This document shows, one piece after another, positions 29,720 through 40,072 of a stretch of DNA of 64,000 bases. Location of the stretch: assembly GCA_040755995.1 (NCBI GenBank), contig JBFMAF010000024.1, forward strand, positions 192,001 to 256,000, read 5' to 3'. A program made the position numbers and the translations under genes. The notes beneath the pieces are model-generated. The model was not told the DNA's origin and searched no databases. It saw only the letters and a list, made by a program, of their open reading frames with translations. Numbering within the stretch: position 1 is the first letter of the stretch; every line of letters begins with the position of its first letter. Source of the stretch: Acidobacteriota bacterium (GTDB taxonomy: Bacteria; Acidobacteriota; CAIWXX01).

Positions 29720-32700
29720 ATGTCAGAGATGTCCTCCCTCGCGGGACGCGGTGCCGGGCGGGCATTGGCGGAGCCCGAGCTGCCGCCGCTCCCTCCGCGG
29801 ATGTCCAGCCAGCCTTTCGGCATCGATGAGACGGGGCGGGTCATCAGCCAGCTCAAGGGCTCCGTGATACGAATCCCAATCATGCTCATGCAGGATTCCG
29901 TTGCACGGCGGGCCGAAGCGGAAGCGCCGCCGGGCCATAGCGCGGAGGAGCGGCAGCGGCGGGGGGAGGCTGCGCGCGAGGCGGCGTTGGACCAGCTCAT
30001 CGAACGACTGAATGCCGCGATTCCCGACCGCCGTTACCACGTGACGCGCGAGCACCTCCTCAAGGAGGACCATCTCTACACTCACGAATTCAACGTCTAC
30101 GTGGTGGACTTCTGCAGCGAGATATCAGGTGATCCTGATTTCTTCTTCAAACGCGGGCGGCTAGGCGTGCCGCCTTACCTGATCAACATGGCCCGCCCAC
30201 TCACTCTGCGCCAGCTGTACACGCTGCTCCCGCTTTTCGCGGCGAAGGCATCGGACGCCGGGATCCGGGTTTCGAACGTCACCGACGGATCTGCGCAGAT
30301 CCGGTGGAGCCCTCGGCCGAGGCTCGGGCAGCTCCCGGCTGGCACGCACCAGCGGTACATACGGATGGCTTGCCGCGGATACCAGGCGGCCCTCGCGTAC
30401 CTCCCGACGCAGCACTCGGGGATTCCGAGCGCGAAGGTGCAGGAGACCAGATGCATGCTCAACGGGGAGGAGTGGTGTGAATGGACGCTTACGTGGCAGC
30501 CCGTGGGCTCCGGGAACCGGGTGGGTTTGTGGGCCGGCGCCGCGCTGTCGGCGACGATTCTCGCCGGGATTCTAGCGAGGGCGCCTGGGTGGCAGTACCT
30601 CACGCCGCTGGCCGGGCTGCTCCCGATCACATGCGTGTGGTTCTGGTCGAGGCTGAGGAGGCTGGCGGCCGACGCCGAGCATCAGCGCGGATTGCTCCTC
30701 GAGCAGCGCGAGAGAGCCGAGCAGCACTATGACGCGCTGCAGCAATCCCACGCGGACCTCCAGCTCTCGAACGTCGCACTCGAAGAGAAGATCTCGGAGC
30801 TCACCACGCTGCACGAGATCGGGAGGGCGACGAGCGCGACGCTGGAGCTGAACGAGCTCCTGGAAAGGTGCCTCCACGCGGTCTCCTCATACCTCGGCTT
30901 CGATCGCGCCGCCGTCATGCTGGCGGAATCGGACCGGCTGTGTGGGCGCAAGATCGTGGGCGCTTCTCCGGAGTCCGTCTCGCTTTTCGAGAGTTGCCGG
31001 CTGCAGCTGGGCGATGGGAATCTTCCGCTGGAGCGGGTGCTCCGGTCGGGGGAGCCGGCGGTGATAACCGAAGGCGGAATGGTGCCGGGTGACGCGGTCT
31101 CTTCAACGACGCCCTTCCTCGCAGTCCCGCTTGCAGCCAAGGGCCGGGCGCTCGGGCTGCTCCTCGTGGACAACGCCGCCACGGGTCGTCCGTTGCCTCA
31201 GGGGATACAGGCTCTGATGATGACGGCAGGAGGGTTGATCGCCAATGCCGTCGACAGCGCAATCGTTTATCACACGCTTGAGGAACGCGTGGCGCAGCGC
31301 ACGCGGGAGGCCGAGGAGGCTCGACGCGCGGCCGAGGAAGCGTCCCGCGCCAAGAGCGAGTTCCTGGCCAACATCAGCCACGAGATCCGCACGCCGATGA
31401 GCGCCGTCATCGGCATGGCTGAGCTGCTGCTCGAAACGCCACTCACCCCTGAACAGCAGCAGTACGCCGAAACTATCCGCAGCGGCGGCGACACGCTTCT
31501 GGCGATCATCAGCGACATCCTCGATTTCTCGAAAATCGAGGCCGCCCGCATCGATCTCGACCGGCGCCCGTTCAACCTCCGCGAATGCGTTGAGACGTCG
31601 CTCGACCTGGTCGCGGTCAAGGCCGTCGAGAAGGGCCTGGACATCGCAGCCTGGATCGATCCGGTGATACCAGAGAACATCGTCGGGGACGCCGGCCGGC
31701 TCCAACAGGTGCTGATCAATCTGCTCAGCAATGCGATCAAGTTCACGGAAGCGGGCGAGGTGATTGCCACGGTCGGTCTTGAGCCCGGTGGACCCTCGGA
31801 CACAAGCTCGCCGGAGCCGGCGGTGCGCTTCGGATCGTGTGTTCTGCGTTTCTCCGTTCGCGACACGGGCGTAGGGATAAGGCCCGGCGAATCCAGCAAG
31901 CTTTTCCAATCCTTCGCCCAGCTCGATGCCTCGGCTGCGCGCAAGTACGGCGGCACAGGTCTTGGACTGGCCATCAGCAGGCGTCTCGCAGAGGCCATGG
32001 GGGGCAGGATCTGGGTGGAGAGCGAAGGTGTGCCCGGCCGCGGCTCGACGTTCAACTTCACAATCGTCGCGGAGTGGGCCGCTGTGGACAAGGCGAGTCC
32101 ACTGGGCATGCCGCACCCGGCACTTGCTTCACGGCGGCTGCTCATCGTCGAGGACAACGACAGCTGCCGCGGGATCCTCGCCGCGCAGTGCAGACTTTGG
32201 GGGCTGCACGTCCAGGAAGCGGCTTCCGTCGCGGCGGCGCTGGAGAAGGCCAACGGCAGCGAGCCGCCGGACGCGGTGCTGGTCGACGTGAGCCTGCCCG
32301 AGCCCGATGCCCTGGTTCGGCTATCGGATATCAGCAGCATGGCAGGCCCCCATGCGATGCCGCTGATACCGATGGTCCCGATGGGGCGCCGCAAAACCGA
32401 CGCCCATGCCCCGCGCGATCAGCGGGCACTGTCAAAGCCCGTGAAGGCCTGGGCGCTCCAACAGGCTCTGCTTCAGGTCTTCAGTCCGGCGGCACCGCCG
32501 CCCAGGACCCACAGAACGCCCGCGGCCGCGCCGGCCCCCGCAGCGGGCCGCCCATTGCGGATCCTGCTTGCCGATGACAACGAGGTGACGCGCAAACTCG
32601 TACTGATTCTGCTCCAACGACTCGGATACGCGGCGGATGTAGCGGCGGACGGGAAGGAGGTCATCGAGGCGCTGGAGAGGCAGGACTACGACGTGATTCT

Positions 32701-32929
32701 CATGGACGTGCAGATGCCGAAAATGGACGGATTCGAAGCGACTCGCCGCATCCGCTCCGAGGCGCGTTGCAACCCGTACGTGATCGCGATGACCGCCCGC
32801 GCGATGCGGGGGGATCGGGAGCTGTGTCTGAGCGCGGGGATGGACGACTACCTGAGCAAGCCCATACGGCTCGAGAAGCTCCGCACCTCACTAGAGAGGG
32901 CGGCCGAGAAGGGACAAGGCAAGGCGTAG
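29720..32929 (+). CDS. Hybrid histidine kinase (V4R-like N-terminus, 2 TM, GAF, HisKA, HATPase, 2 REC)
   Basis: ETRC...G...[31 protein letters not shown]. Confidence 0.93.
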   Translation: MSEMSSLAGRGAGRALAEPELPPLPPRMSSQPFGIDETGRVISQLKGSVIRIPIMLMQDSVARRAEAEAPPGHSAEERQRRGEAAREAALDQLIERLNAAIPDRRYHVTREHLLKEDHLYTHEFNVYVVDFCSEISGDPDFFFKRGRLGVPPYLINMARPLTLRQLYTLLPLFAAKASDAGIRVSNVTDGSAQIRWSPRPRLGQLPAGTHQRYIRMACRGYQAALAYLPTQHSGIPSAKVQETRCMLNGEEWCEWTLTWQPVGSGNRVGLWAGAALSATILAGILARAPGWQYLTPLAGLLPITCVWFWSRLRRLAADAEHQRGLLLEQRERAEQHYDALQQSHADLQLSNVALEEKISELTTLHEIGRATSATLELNELLERCLHAVSSYLGFDRAAVMLAESDRLCGRKIVGASPESVSLFESCRLQLGDGNLPLERVLRSGEPAVITEGGMVPGDAVSSTTPFLAVPLAAKGRALGLLLVDNAATGRPLPQGIQALMMTAGGLIANAVDSAIVYHTLEERVAQRTREAEEARRAAEEASRAKSEFLANISHEIRTPMSAVIGMAELLLETPLTPEQQQYAETIRSGGDTLLAIISDILDFSKIEAARIDLDRRPFNLRECVETSLDLVAVKAVEKGLDIAAWIDPVIPENIVGDAGRLQQVLINLLSNAIKFTEAGEVIATVGLEPGGPSDTSSPEPAVRFGSCVLRFSVRDTGVGIRPGESSKLFQSFAQLDASAARKYGGTGLGLAISRRLAEAMGGRIWVESEGVPGRGSTFNFTIVAEWAAVDKASPLGMPHPALASRRLLIVEDNDSCRGILAAQCRLWGLHVQEAASVAAALEKANGSEPPDAVLVDVSLPEPDALVRLSDISSMAGPHAMPLIPMVPMGRRKTDAHAPRDQRALSKPVKAWALQQALLQVFSPAAPPPRTHRTPAAAPAPAAGRPLRILLADDNEVTRKLVLILLQRLGYAADVAADGKEVIEALERQDYDVILMDVQMPKMDGFEATRRIRSEARCNPYVIAMTARAMRGDRELCLSAGMDDYLSKPIRLEKLRTSLERAAEKGQGKA

Positions 32930-33045
32930 AGAGTAGAGAGTGGCGGTGGGGCGCCGGCGCCGCGCCACAAACTTGACTCGATCGCAACATTTTTTCGCCT
33001 CAAGGCCGCCACGCCTTTTCCGGGAGTGCCCCCGCAAAAGGTGGC

Positions 33046-33978
33046 TCACTCCATTCGTAGCCGGTCCCGGGCGCGTTCCACGATCTGAAGGGCGACGTCC
33101 AGGGCCCGCCGGGCCTCGATGGCTGTGCACGTCTCTACGCGGCGTGTAGCGATCGAGTCGAGGAACGCCGAGAACTGCACCTTGAGCGGTTCGTCTCTGG
33201 CTACCTCCAATGGGCTCAGCGAGATTGTCGGCCCCTGTTCCTGTCGTACTAGACGATATACCTCGCCCGCCTGCGCCTGGTAGTCCAGAGATATGTAGGC
33301 GTCGGGCTGGAAGACACGGACCTTCCGGATCTTGTCCTTGGAAACTCGGCTGGCCGTGACGTTGGCCACACAGTGATCGAACTCGAGACGGGCGTTGCAG
33401 ATGTCGATCCTCCGGCTGAGGATGGGGACTCCGACCGCCCGCACCTCCCGCGGCATCGCTCTGACCATCGAGAGCACGATGTCGATGTCGTGGATCATGA
33501 GATCGGTGACGACGTCGATGTCCAGGCTCCGTTTCACGAACGTTCCGAGGCGGTGGATTTCTATGAATCGCGGTTCCCTGACCAGATGAAGCGCCGCGGT
33601 CACCGCGGGGTTGAAACGTTCCAGGTGTCCGACCTGCAGCACGCGACCGCTGCGCTCGGCCGCCTCGATCAGGATGTCGGCCTCTGAAAGTGTTCCGGCA
33701 ATGGGCTTCTCCATCAAGCAGTCGATGCCGGACTCCAGCAGAGCCCTTCCCGTGCTCAGGTGGCTTTCGGTCGGCACCGCTACGACCGCGGCATCGACCT
33801 GTCCGATCACTTCTCGAGCTTCGGCCGACCATCGAGCGCCGTGCCGCTCCGCCACCTCCCGCGCCCGTTCGACATTCGTATCGACCACGGTATGGAGCAC
33901 GCAGCCCGGAGCACCGGCCACTACACGAGCGTGCTCCTTCCCGATATGGCCTGCGCCGACTACTGCTACCTTGGTCAT
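33046..33978 (-). CDS. Gfo/Idh/MocA oxidoreductase (GnnA-like by lpx context)
   Basis: GAGHIG, EKP, GHLERFNP, DLMIHDID; cotranscribed after lpxI. Confidence 0.88.
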   Translation of the reverse strand: MTKVAVVGAGHIGKEHARVVAGAPGCVLHTVVDTNVERAREVAERHGARWSAEAREVIGQVDAAVVAVPTESHLSTGRALLESGIDCLMEKPIAGTLSEADILIEAAERSGRVLQVGHLERFNPAVTAALHLVREPRFIEIHRLGTFVKRSLDIDVVTDLMIHDIDIVLSMVRAMPREVRAVGVPILSRRIDICNARLEFDHCVANVTASRVSKDKIRKVRVFQPDAYISLDYQAQAGEVYRLVRQEQGPTISLSPLEVARDEPLKVQFSAFLDSIATRRVETCTAIEARRALDVALQIVERARDRLRME

Positions 33979-34002
33979 TACCTGCCGTTCAGGCAAATCG
34001 TC

Positions 34003-34815
34003 TCAAGGCGACACGCCGATGACTGCGACGCTCTCTTTGTCCGCCCGTTTGACGACCCTGTCCTTGTCGAAGATGAGAGTGCGGCCGGCCTCGATCGCCA
34101 GGACCCTCGACCTGGTGTGCGCCATGACGTCTATGGTGTCGAGCCCGCAGACCGGGACATCGAAGCGGAAATCCTGGGCGGGCTTGCCGAGCTTGACCAC
34201 CACTGCGCCGGCACCACACAGCTTCGCTGCCCGCCGGATAGTCTCGTCAGTCCCCTCCATGGCCTCCACCGCCACGCATGCGCCAGCTTTCACCACGACC
34301 GTCTGGCCCAGGTCCAGGCGGGTCAGCTCGCGTGCGATCTTGATCCCGTATTCGACCGACTTCATTTCATCAGCTGTGGGTCTCGCCCTGGTAATGTTGC
34401 CCTTGGGTGCCAGAAGGTCCTTCAGAAAGACGGTCGAGTCGACGAGCTTGATTCCCTCCTCGTCGAGCACCTCGGCCACCGCGCCGATGATCGAATCCGT
34501 GTTCTTCTGGCGCAACCTCATCAGGACGGAAACAAGCTTGAGGTCGGGCTTGATCGAGCTGAAAATCGATCGGTGCTGCACCTTGCCGGCCATGATGGCT
34601 CGCCGCACGCCGGCTGCGTTGAAGATCCGGATGAGCTTGCTCAGCTCTCCGAGTCCAACCATGTGGAACTCGTCGGCCACGTCGCGCAGGGACTCGGTCG
34701 CTTCTCCCTGAATGCCGACGACGAGGACGCCGTGACCGCTGGCGCGGGCCTCCTTTGCGACCAGCACGGGGAACTGGGAGGCCCCGGCGATGATCCCGAT
34801 CTTCTCCGGCGGCAC
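34003..34815 (-). CDS. lpxI: UDP-2,3-diacylglucosamine diphosphatase LpxI family
   Basis: GIIAG..QFP, DLGQTVVV, AVEAMEGTD, QDFRFDVP; follows lpxA. Confidence 0.9.
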   Translation of the reverse strand: MPPEKIGIIAGASQFPVLVAKEARASGHGVLVVGIQGEATESLRDVADEFHMVGLGELSKLIRIFNAAGVRRAIMAGKVQHRSIFSSIKPDLKLVSVLMRLRQKNTDSIIGAVAEVLDEEGIKLVDSTVFLKDLLAPKGNITRARPTADEMKSVEYGIKIARELTRLDLGQTVVVKAGACVAVEAMEGTDETIRRAAKLCGAGAVVVKLGKPAQDFRFDVPVCGLDTIDVMAHTRSRVLAIEAGRTLIFDKDRVVKRADKESVAVIGVSP

Positions 34816-35627
34816 TAGTCCCCGCCTTCGCCACCCGCCCGCGTGTACGTGCCGCGTCTGCTCGTGCGTATGAAGTGCACCAGGTAGTCGACTTCAGGAT
34901 CCCCGGCCAGCTCACCTTCGATCTGATCGACCGCCTGCCGGGTGTTCAGGCCCGGCTGCAGCAGTCTGCGGAACGCCCTCTGCAGCGCAATAATGGACTC
35001 TGGTGAGAAGCTCTTTCGCCGGAGGCCGAGCGCATTCGGACCGTAGCAGCGCGTGCTGCGCGCGCCGACGGTCTTGGAGTAGGGCAGGACGTCCTTGGTG
35101 ATCACCGAGTAGCCGCCGATGAAGCAATGTCTTCCCAGGCGGCAGAATTGGTGGACTCCACAAAAGGCGCCCAGCGTCACGTGGTCCTCGATTTCGACGT
35201 GGCCCGCCAGCGTCGCGGCGTTCGCGAGGATGCAGTGGTTGCCCACGTGGCAGTCGTGGGCGATGTGAGCATAGGCCATCAGGAAATTGTCATCACCAAG
35301 CGATGTGACGCCCCCGCCGCCCTTTGTGCCCCGGTTCACCGTGACAAACTCGCGCAGGACATTTCTGTTGCCGATGCGGATCACGGTCATTTCACCGGCG
35401 TACTTAAGGTCCTGCGGAGGACCACCGATTGAGACGAACGCCGAGATGCGGTTGTCCTCGCCGATCTCGGTCCAGCCTTCGATATTCACGTGGGGACCGA
35501 TCTGGGTGCCCGCCCCGATCTTCACATTCTCGCCGATCGTGGTGAACGGCCCGATGGCAACCCCCTCGGCTACTTGCGCGGCCGGGTGGACCGCCGCAAG
35601 GCGGTCGATACAACTAGTCTCGATCAC
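34815..35627 (-). CDS. lpxA: UDP-N-acetylglucosamine O-acyltransferase
   Basis: Hexapeptide repeats; PQDLKY; HIAHDC; HQFC. Confidence 0.96.
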   Translation of the reverse strand: MIETSCIDRLAAVHPAAQVAEGVAIGPFTTIGENVKIGAGTQIGPHVNIEGWTEIGEDNRISAFVSIGGPPQDLKYAGEMTVIRIGNRNVLREFVTVNRGTKGGGGVTSLGDDNFLMAYAHIAHDCHVGNHCILANAATLAGHVEIEDHVTLGAFCGVHQFCRLGRHCFIGGYSVITKDVLPYSKTVGARSTRCYGPNALGLRRKSFSPESIIALQRAFRRLLQPGLNTRQAVDQIEGELAGDPEVDYLVHFIRTSRRGTYTRAGGEGGD

Positions 35628-35668
35628 GGCTGCTCCTGGGAAATGAAGTGCCCATCCGGCCGATTCGA

Positions 35669-36112
35669 TCAGATGTCCACCAGGGTCGACATGAACTCGG
35701 CCTCAGCCGCAAGCTGGTCGCCGACGAACGCCTCCCCCTTCATCTTGCAGAATCGAGCTTTCAGCTTGAGCACCTGGCACTGGATGCGGAGCTGATCGCC
35801 GGGCTCGACCGGTCTCCTGAATCGCGCTCCGTCAATGCCCGTGAAGTACACCAGCTTGTTGGCGCGTTCTTTGATTGTTCCGATGAGAAGAATCGCCCCG
35901 ACCTGGGCCATCGACTCGATGATCAGCACGCCCGGCATGACGGGCTTCACGGGGAAGTGCCCCTGGAAGAACGCCTCGTTGTACGTGACGTTCTTGATCC
36001 CTACGATCCGCTTCTCTTCTTCGAACTCGAGGATTCGGTCGACGAGGAGAAATGGGTAACGATGAGGAAGGCGATCCAGAATCGCCTTGATGTTCAGAAT
36101 CTGCTGTTCCAC
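35669..36112 (-). CDS. fabZ: 3-hydroxyacyl-ACP dehydratase
   Basis: LPHRYPFLLVD; FQGHFP..PVMPGVLIIESMAQ. Confidence 0.97.
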   Translation of the reverse strand: MEQQILNIKAILDRLPHRYPFLLVDRILEFEEEKRIVGIKNVTYNEAFFQGHFPVKPVMPGVLIIESMAQVGAILLIGTIKERANKLVYFTGIDGARFRRPVEPGDQLRIQCQVLKLKARFCKMKGEAFVGDQLAAEAEFMSTLVDI

Positions 36113-36136
36113 CCTCGAAACTCCTCCCGTCCCAGG

Positions 36137-36688
36137 CTACTTAGGCTGAGGTGGAGTAGCTGCCTCGGGCTTGGTCTCCTGATCAAGGAGCCTGATGATC
36201 TCGTCGGAGACGTCGAGGGACTCATCCGAGACGATGATTCCGGACCGGTTCTTGTCGAATACGAGCGCGTAACCGTTCTCACGCGCGAACTTTTCGATAA
36301 GAGGCAGCACTTTCAGGTTGACCTGTCGCAGGCCCTCCTCCTTCATGTCGTCGAGCTCGGCCTGCGCATCCTCCTGCAGCCGGCGCAGGTTCGTCGCCTT
36401 CTGTTCGACCTCCTTCTCCATCTTCATCCGCGCCTCGTCGTTGAGCGTCAGTGACTGGGTCTGAAGCTTGTTGCGCAGATCGTTGACCTCCTTCGTGACG
36501 GCATCGATTTCGCTCTGTTTCGAAGCCTGGAACTTGTTGAGCTTCTCCAACAGCTTCTTCCCTTCGACCGATCCTCGGATCACCACCTCCGCATCCACCA
36601 CACCCGTCTTCCCCGTCACCGCCTGCGCAGATGCTCCGTAAGCGCACGCGGCCACAATCATGAATGCCAGCGTAATTCTCTTCAACAT
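36137..36688 (-). CDS. skp: Skp/OmpH periplasmic chaperone
   Basis: Signal peptide, coiled-coil body, DVSDEII; upstream of fabZ-lpxA. Confidence 0.88.
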   Translation of the reverse strand: MLKRITLAFMIVAACAYGASAQAVTGKTGVVDAEVVIRGSVEGKKLLEKLNKFQASKQSEIDAVTKEVNDLRNKLQTQSLTLNDEARMKMEKEVEQKATNLRRLQEDAQAELDDMKEEGLRQVNLKVLPLIEKFARENGYALVFDKNRSGIIVSDESLDVSDEIIRLLDQETKPEAATPPQPK

Positions 36689-37041
36689 CTCAGCTCATGC
36701 TCCTCTCATTCGTCATACATTGCGAACACGGAACCGCCCGTCGCGGCGTATTATACGGAAAACAGGTTTCCGAGGGAAGACCTGGACGGGCCCAGCGTGC
36801 GTACCGGCTCTGGGGGCGGTGGCCATGGCTTCTACCTCGTACCCATGGACCGCGCTCGTGCCGCCACCCGAGAAGTACGGCTCGGAAAAGGGCACGGGTA
36901 CGACTCGATAGCGGCGGCCAAGCCCTGCCGCAAGTCCGTTGAGAGCCCATCTCGATATCTCGATCGCGTGCCTTGACGCCGAGCAGAAATTCACTCAGAA
37001 TTAGGTGCTTAGGATTCGCTGCCGCTCAGCTAGGAGGAACT

Positions 37042-37626
37042 GTGCTGGACAAACTCATGACGACCGAAGAGCTGGTCAAGTATCTAAATCTCGACCTCAG
37101 AACGATTTATGGATTCATCAAGAACAGGAAGATACCGGCTATAAAGATTGGCCGCGAGTGGCGATTCCGGAAACGGGACATCGACCAGTGGCTCGACGAA
37201 CACCGCGTGGTGCCGCTCAAGCCCCAGATGGTCAAGTGGAAGGTGCTGGTGGTCGATGAGGAGGAAGATATCCGGAACATCGTCAGCCGCACCCTCTCCA
37301 GAGCGGGCTACGAAGTCGAAGTGGCTTCCGACGGCGAGAGCGCAATCGAGCTCCTCAAGAAGAACTTCTACCACGTCCTCTTCACCGAGATTGGGCTGCC
37401 CGGGATCGGAGGCATCGAGCTGATAGAGGAAGGGCGCAAGTACCATCCGGATCTGCACGTCGTCATACTCACCGGCGCGCCGACCATGGAGAGCGCCATG
37501 GAGGCGGTCAACCTGGCCTGCTCCGGCTACCTCACCAAGCCCTTGAACGACATCAACGAAGTTGTCACGGCGGTGAACAACGCGGTCAAGTCCATCGGAC
37601 GGTCAGAGAAAGAGCAGGAAGGGTAG
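37042..37626 (+). CDS. Excisionase-like HTH (HTH_17) + receiver domain protein
   Basis: MTTEEL..YL....TIY......IPAIKIGREWRF followed by REC; AGGAGG SD before GTG. Confidence 0.85.
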   Translation: MLDKLMTTEELVKYLNLDLRTIYGFIKNRKIPAIKIGREWRFRKRDIDQWLDEHRVVPLKPQMVKWKVLVVDEEEDIRNIVSRTLSRAGYEVEVASDGESAIELLKKNFYHVLFTEIGLPGIGGIELIEEGRKYHPDLHVVILTGAPTMESAMEAVNLACSGYLTKPLNDINEVVTAVNNAVKSIGRSEKEQEG

Positions 37627-37673
37627 GATAGGTTCCTCGGTCGCGCGATCGACGTGCGGGTGAGGGGTGGCCC

Positions 37674-38327
37674 GTGCCCATACGCCGGTTTCCAGACCCG
37701 CGCGAAGCGAACCCGGACGGGATAGTCGCCCTCGGCGGCGATCTTCATCCCGAGTCGCTCATCCTCGCATACCAGTCCGGCATCTTCCCATGGCCGATCG
37801 GAGGCTATCCGCTGGTCTGGTTCAGCCCCGACCCGCGCGCGATACTCCGGTTCGATGAGATCCACGTTCCGCGGCGCCTCGCGCGGGTCCGGCGCCTCAA
37901 GCCGTACCGGCTGACTATCGATGGGGACTTCGACGGAGTGATCCGCGCCTGCGCGCGGGTCCACGCGGAGCGCTCGGACGGCACGTGGATTCTGCCGGAG
38001 ATGATCGAGGCGTACACCCGATTGCATTGGCTTGGGCACGCACACAGTGTCGAGGCTAGATCTGGAGGCGGGCTGGTCGGAGGCATCTACGGCGTCGACG
38101 CCGGTGGAGCCTTCGCGGCAGAGAGCATGTTCTACACGGCCCCGAACGCGTCCAAGCTCGCTCTGCTCCACCTTATCGAGCACCTCTCGAGCCGCGGGCT
38201 CGAGTGGCTGGACATCCAGGTAATGACGCCCCACATGGCACGGTTCGGAGCCCGCGAGATCCCGCGCGATGATTTCCTGCGAATGCTCGCCGAGAGCCGG
38301 GCCCGCGGTTTGAAGCTCTTCGGGTAG
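37674..38327 (+). CDS. aat: Leucyl/phenylalanyl-tRNA--protein transferase
   Basis: GGDL...LILAY..GIFPW, WFSPDPR, AHSVE, ESMF, NASK. Confidence 0.95.
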   Translation: MPIRRFPDPREANPDGIVALGGDLHPESLILAYQSGIFPWPIGGYPLVWFSPDPRAILRFDEIHVPRRLARVRRLKPYRLTIDGDFDGVIRACARVHAERSDGTWILPEMIEAYTRLHWLGHAHSVEARSGGGLVGGIYGVDAGGAFAAESMFYTAPNASKLALLHLIEHLSSRGLEWLDIQVMTPHMARFGAREIPRDDFLRMLAESRARGLKLFG

Positions 38328-38429
38328 GAGGCGCCGGCCTAGGCCGAGTCCGCACCCAGGTGGTGGTGGGCCTGGGAGGGGGTGAGGCGGCCCCGCCGCG
38401 CGATCAGCAGCCCGGGCCGGCCCACGCAC

Positions 38430-38475
38430 TTGAATCCCGTCTGCCGGCGCATTATGATGACTAATATTCGGGTCA
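38430..38475 (+). promoter_or_regulatory. Sigma70 promoter/operator of TA operon
   Basis: TTGAAT-17 nt-TATGAT; overlapping TGAC...GTCA inverted repeat. Confidence 0.5.
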
Positions 38476-38497
38476 ACCCGAAAGGAGGTCGTTGATC

Positions 38498-38767
38498 ATG
38501 AGGACTCTCTCTTTATCGGAAGCGAAGATGAAGCTCAGCAGCCTCGTCGACGAGATCCACGATCGGGACGAGGAGTTCGTGATCACTAGAAAGGGACGGC
38601 CGGCGGCGGTTCTGGTCAGCCCGCAGGAGTTCGAGAGCTGGAAGGAAACGGAGGCCGTTCGCGCCGATGCCAATCTCATGGCCGAGGTCCGGAAAGGCCT
38701 GGCTGCCCTCAAGCGGCGCGGCGGGAAGCTCTACACGCTCGATGAGCTCTTCCTCGGCCGGAGCTGA
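38498..38767 (+). CDS. Phd/YefM-family antitoxin
   Basis: LSEAKMKLSSLVD...VITRKGRPAAVLVS...ESWKET. Confidence 0.92.
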   Translation: MRTLSLSEAKMKLSSLVDEIHDRDEEFVITRKGRPAAVLVSPQEFESWKETEAVRADANLMAEVRKGLAALKRRGGKLYTLDELFLGRS

Positions 38768-38770
38768 TGC

Positions 38771-39055
38771 ATGCGGCGTGTCCGTATCCCGGCCGGCATT
38801 GCGGAGCTCGTGCGGGGCCTGCACCCGGAGCTGAAGCGAAAGGTACGCTCAGCACTGGATGAGATCCTGAGGCATCCGGACGGGGGCAAGGCGCTCAAGC
38901 AGGATCTCGCGGGTCTGAGGAGCTGGCGTCTGGGGCGCATTCGGATCATCTACCGAGAGCAGGGGACCGATGTGGTGGATGTGGTAGCTATCGGCCCACG
39001 ACGGACGATCTACGAAGAGACGATCAGGCTGATCCGGCGGGCCGGCCATCAATGA
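38771..39055 (+). CDS. RelE/ParE-family toxin
   Basis: GKALK..LAGLRSWRLGRIRIIY...IGPRRTIY. Confidence 0.9.
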   Translation: MRRVRIPAGIAELVRGLHPELKRKVRSALDEILRHPDGGKALKQDLAGLRSWRLGRIRIIYREQGTDVVDVVAIGPRRTIYEETIRLIRRAGHQ

Positions 39056-39080
39056 GCCTGGTGGCCGCCTGGTGCCGCTC

Positions 39081-39848
39081 TCACACGAAGAACGGGCCGA
39101 CCGCCTCGTATCGGCTTGCGACGTAGATCGGGAAGGGGCTGCCCAGGACGCTCCTGTGCTCGTCCATCGCCACGGACGGCTCGTTGTTCTCCCCCGAAAG
39201 ATGCGACAGGCATGCCCACTTCATCCGGCGTCCCGCCGAGCTCCTGAGCAGCTCGGCTGCCTCTATATTCGAGATGTGGCCGCGGGGCCCCACGATCCGC
39301 CGCTTGAGCCAATCGGGGTAGGATCCTCGCTCGAGCATCTCCGGGTCATAGTTGCTCTCGATGAAGACGGCGTCCAGGGAGGAGACGACGCCCGGAAGCT
39401 CGTAGAAGACGTGCCCGAGGTCGGTGAGGATGCCGAGTCGTTTCCCACAGGCTTCGATGACGCAGGCGACTCCGTCGGCCCCGTCGTGCGGCGTGGGAAC
39501 GGTCTCCACTCGCACCGAGCCGAATTGCAGCGCCTGACCGGCGCGGAAGAACTGCACACGATCGACCTGGCCCAGCGCACACCGTTCGGAGGCTGCGTGG
39601 AGTGTGGCTCGTGTCAGAAAGACGGGCAGGCCGAACTTGCGTTGAAACACGCCCAGGCGGCTCGCGTGGTCTGCGTGATCGTGCGTGATCAAGAGGGCGT
39701 CAACGTCGTGGATGCTGCGGCCATGCATTGACAGGCGCTGCTCGGCCTGCCGGCCGCTGATCCCGGCGTCGACGAGAAGTCGCGTGCCGGCGGCTTCGAC
39801 GTAGATGCAGTTGCCGCTGCTGCCCGACTGCAGGGCGATCGCGACCAT
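39081..39848 (-). CDS. MBL-fold metallohydrolase (YycJ/WalJ-like)
   Basis: SGSSGN; THDHADH; TDLG; ESNYD; GHISN; HLS..NN. Confidence 0.92.
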   Translation of the reverse strand: MVAIALQSGSSGNCIYVEAAGTRLLVDAGISGRQAEQRLSMHGRSIHDVDALLITHDHADHASRLGVFQRKFGLPVFLTRATLHAASERCALGQVDRVQFFRAGQALQFGSVRVETVPTPHDGADGVACVIEACGKRLGILTDLGHVFYELPGVVSSLDAVFIESNYDPEMLERGSYPDWLKRRIVGPRGHISNIEAAELLRSSAGRRMKWACLSHLSGENNEPSVAMDEHRSVLGSPFPIYVASRYEAVGPFFV

Positions 39849-40072
39849 GTCTCCTCCGAAGTGACGCAGGTGATGCTGTGTTGTCATCTGACTCACGCGA
39901 CATTGTATCATCCGTGGCGGACGCGCGGAGATCTGAACGGAGCGGCTCGCAGACGACCAAGGCGTCGAACGCAACGGCGATGCCACCAGACTATCCGAGG
40001 CCGGCCGGCCCGCCCGCCGGGGTTGACAGGTCCGCCGGGCGCTTCTAATCTTCTCCTAGAGGAACGGTTCGC

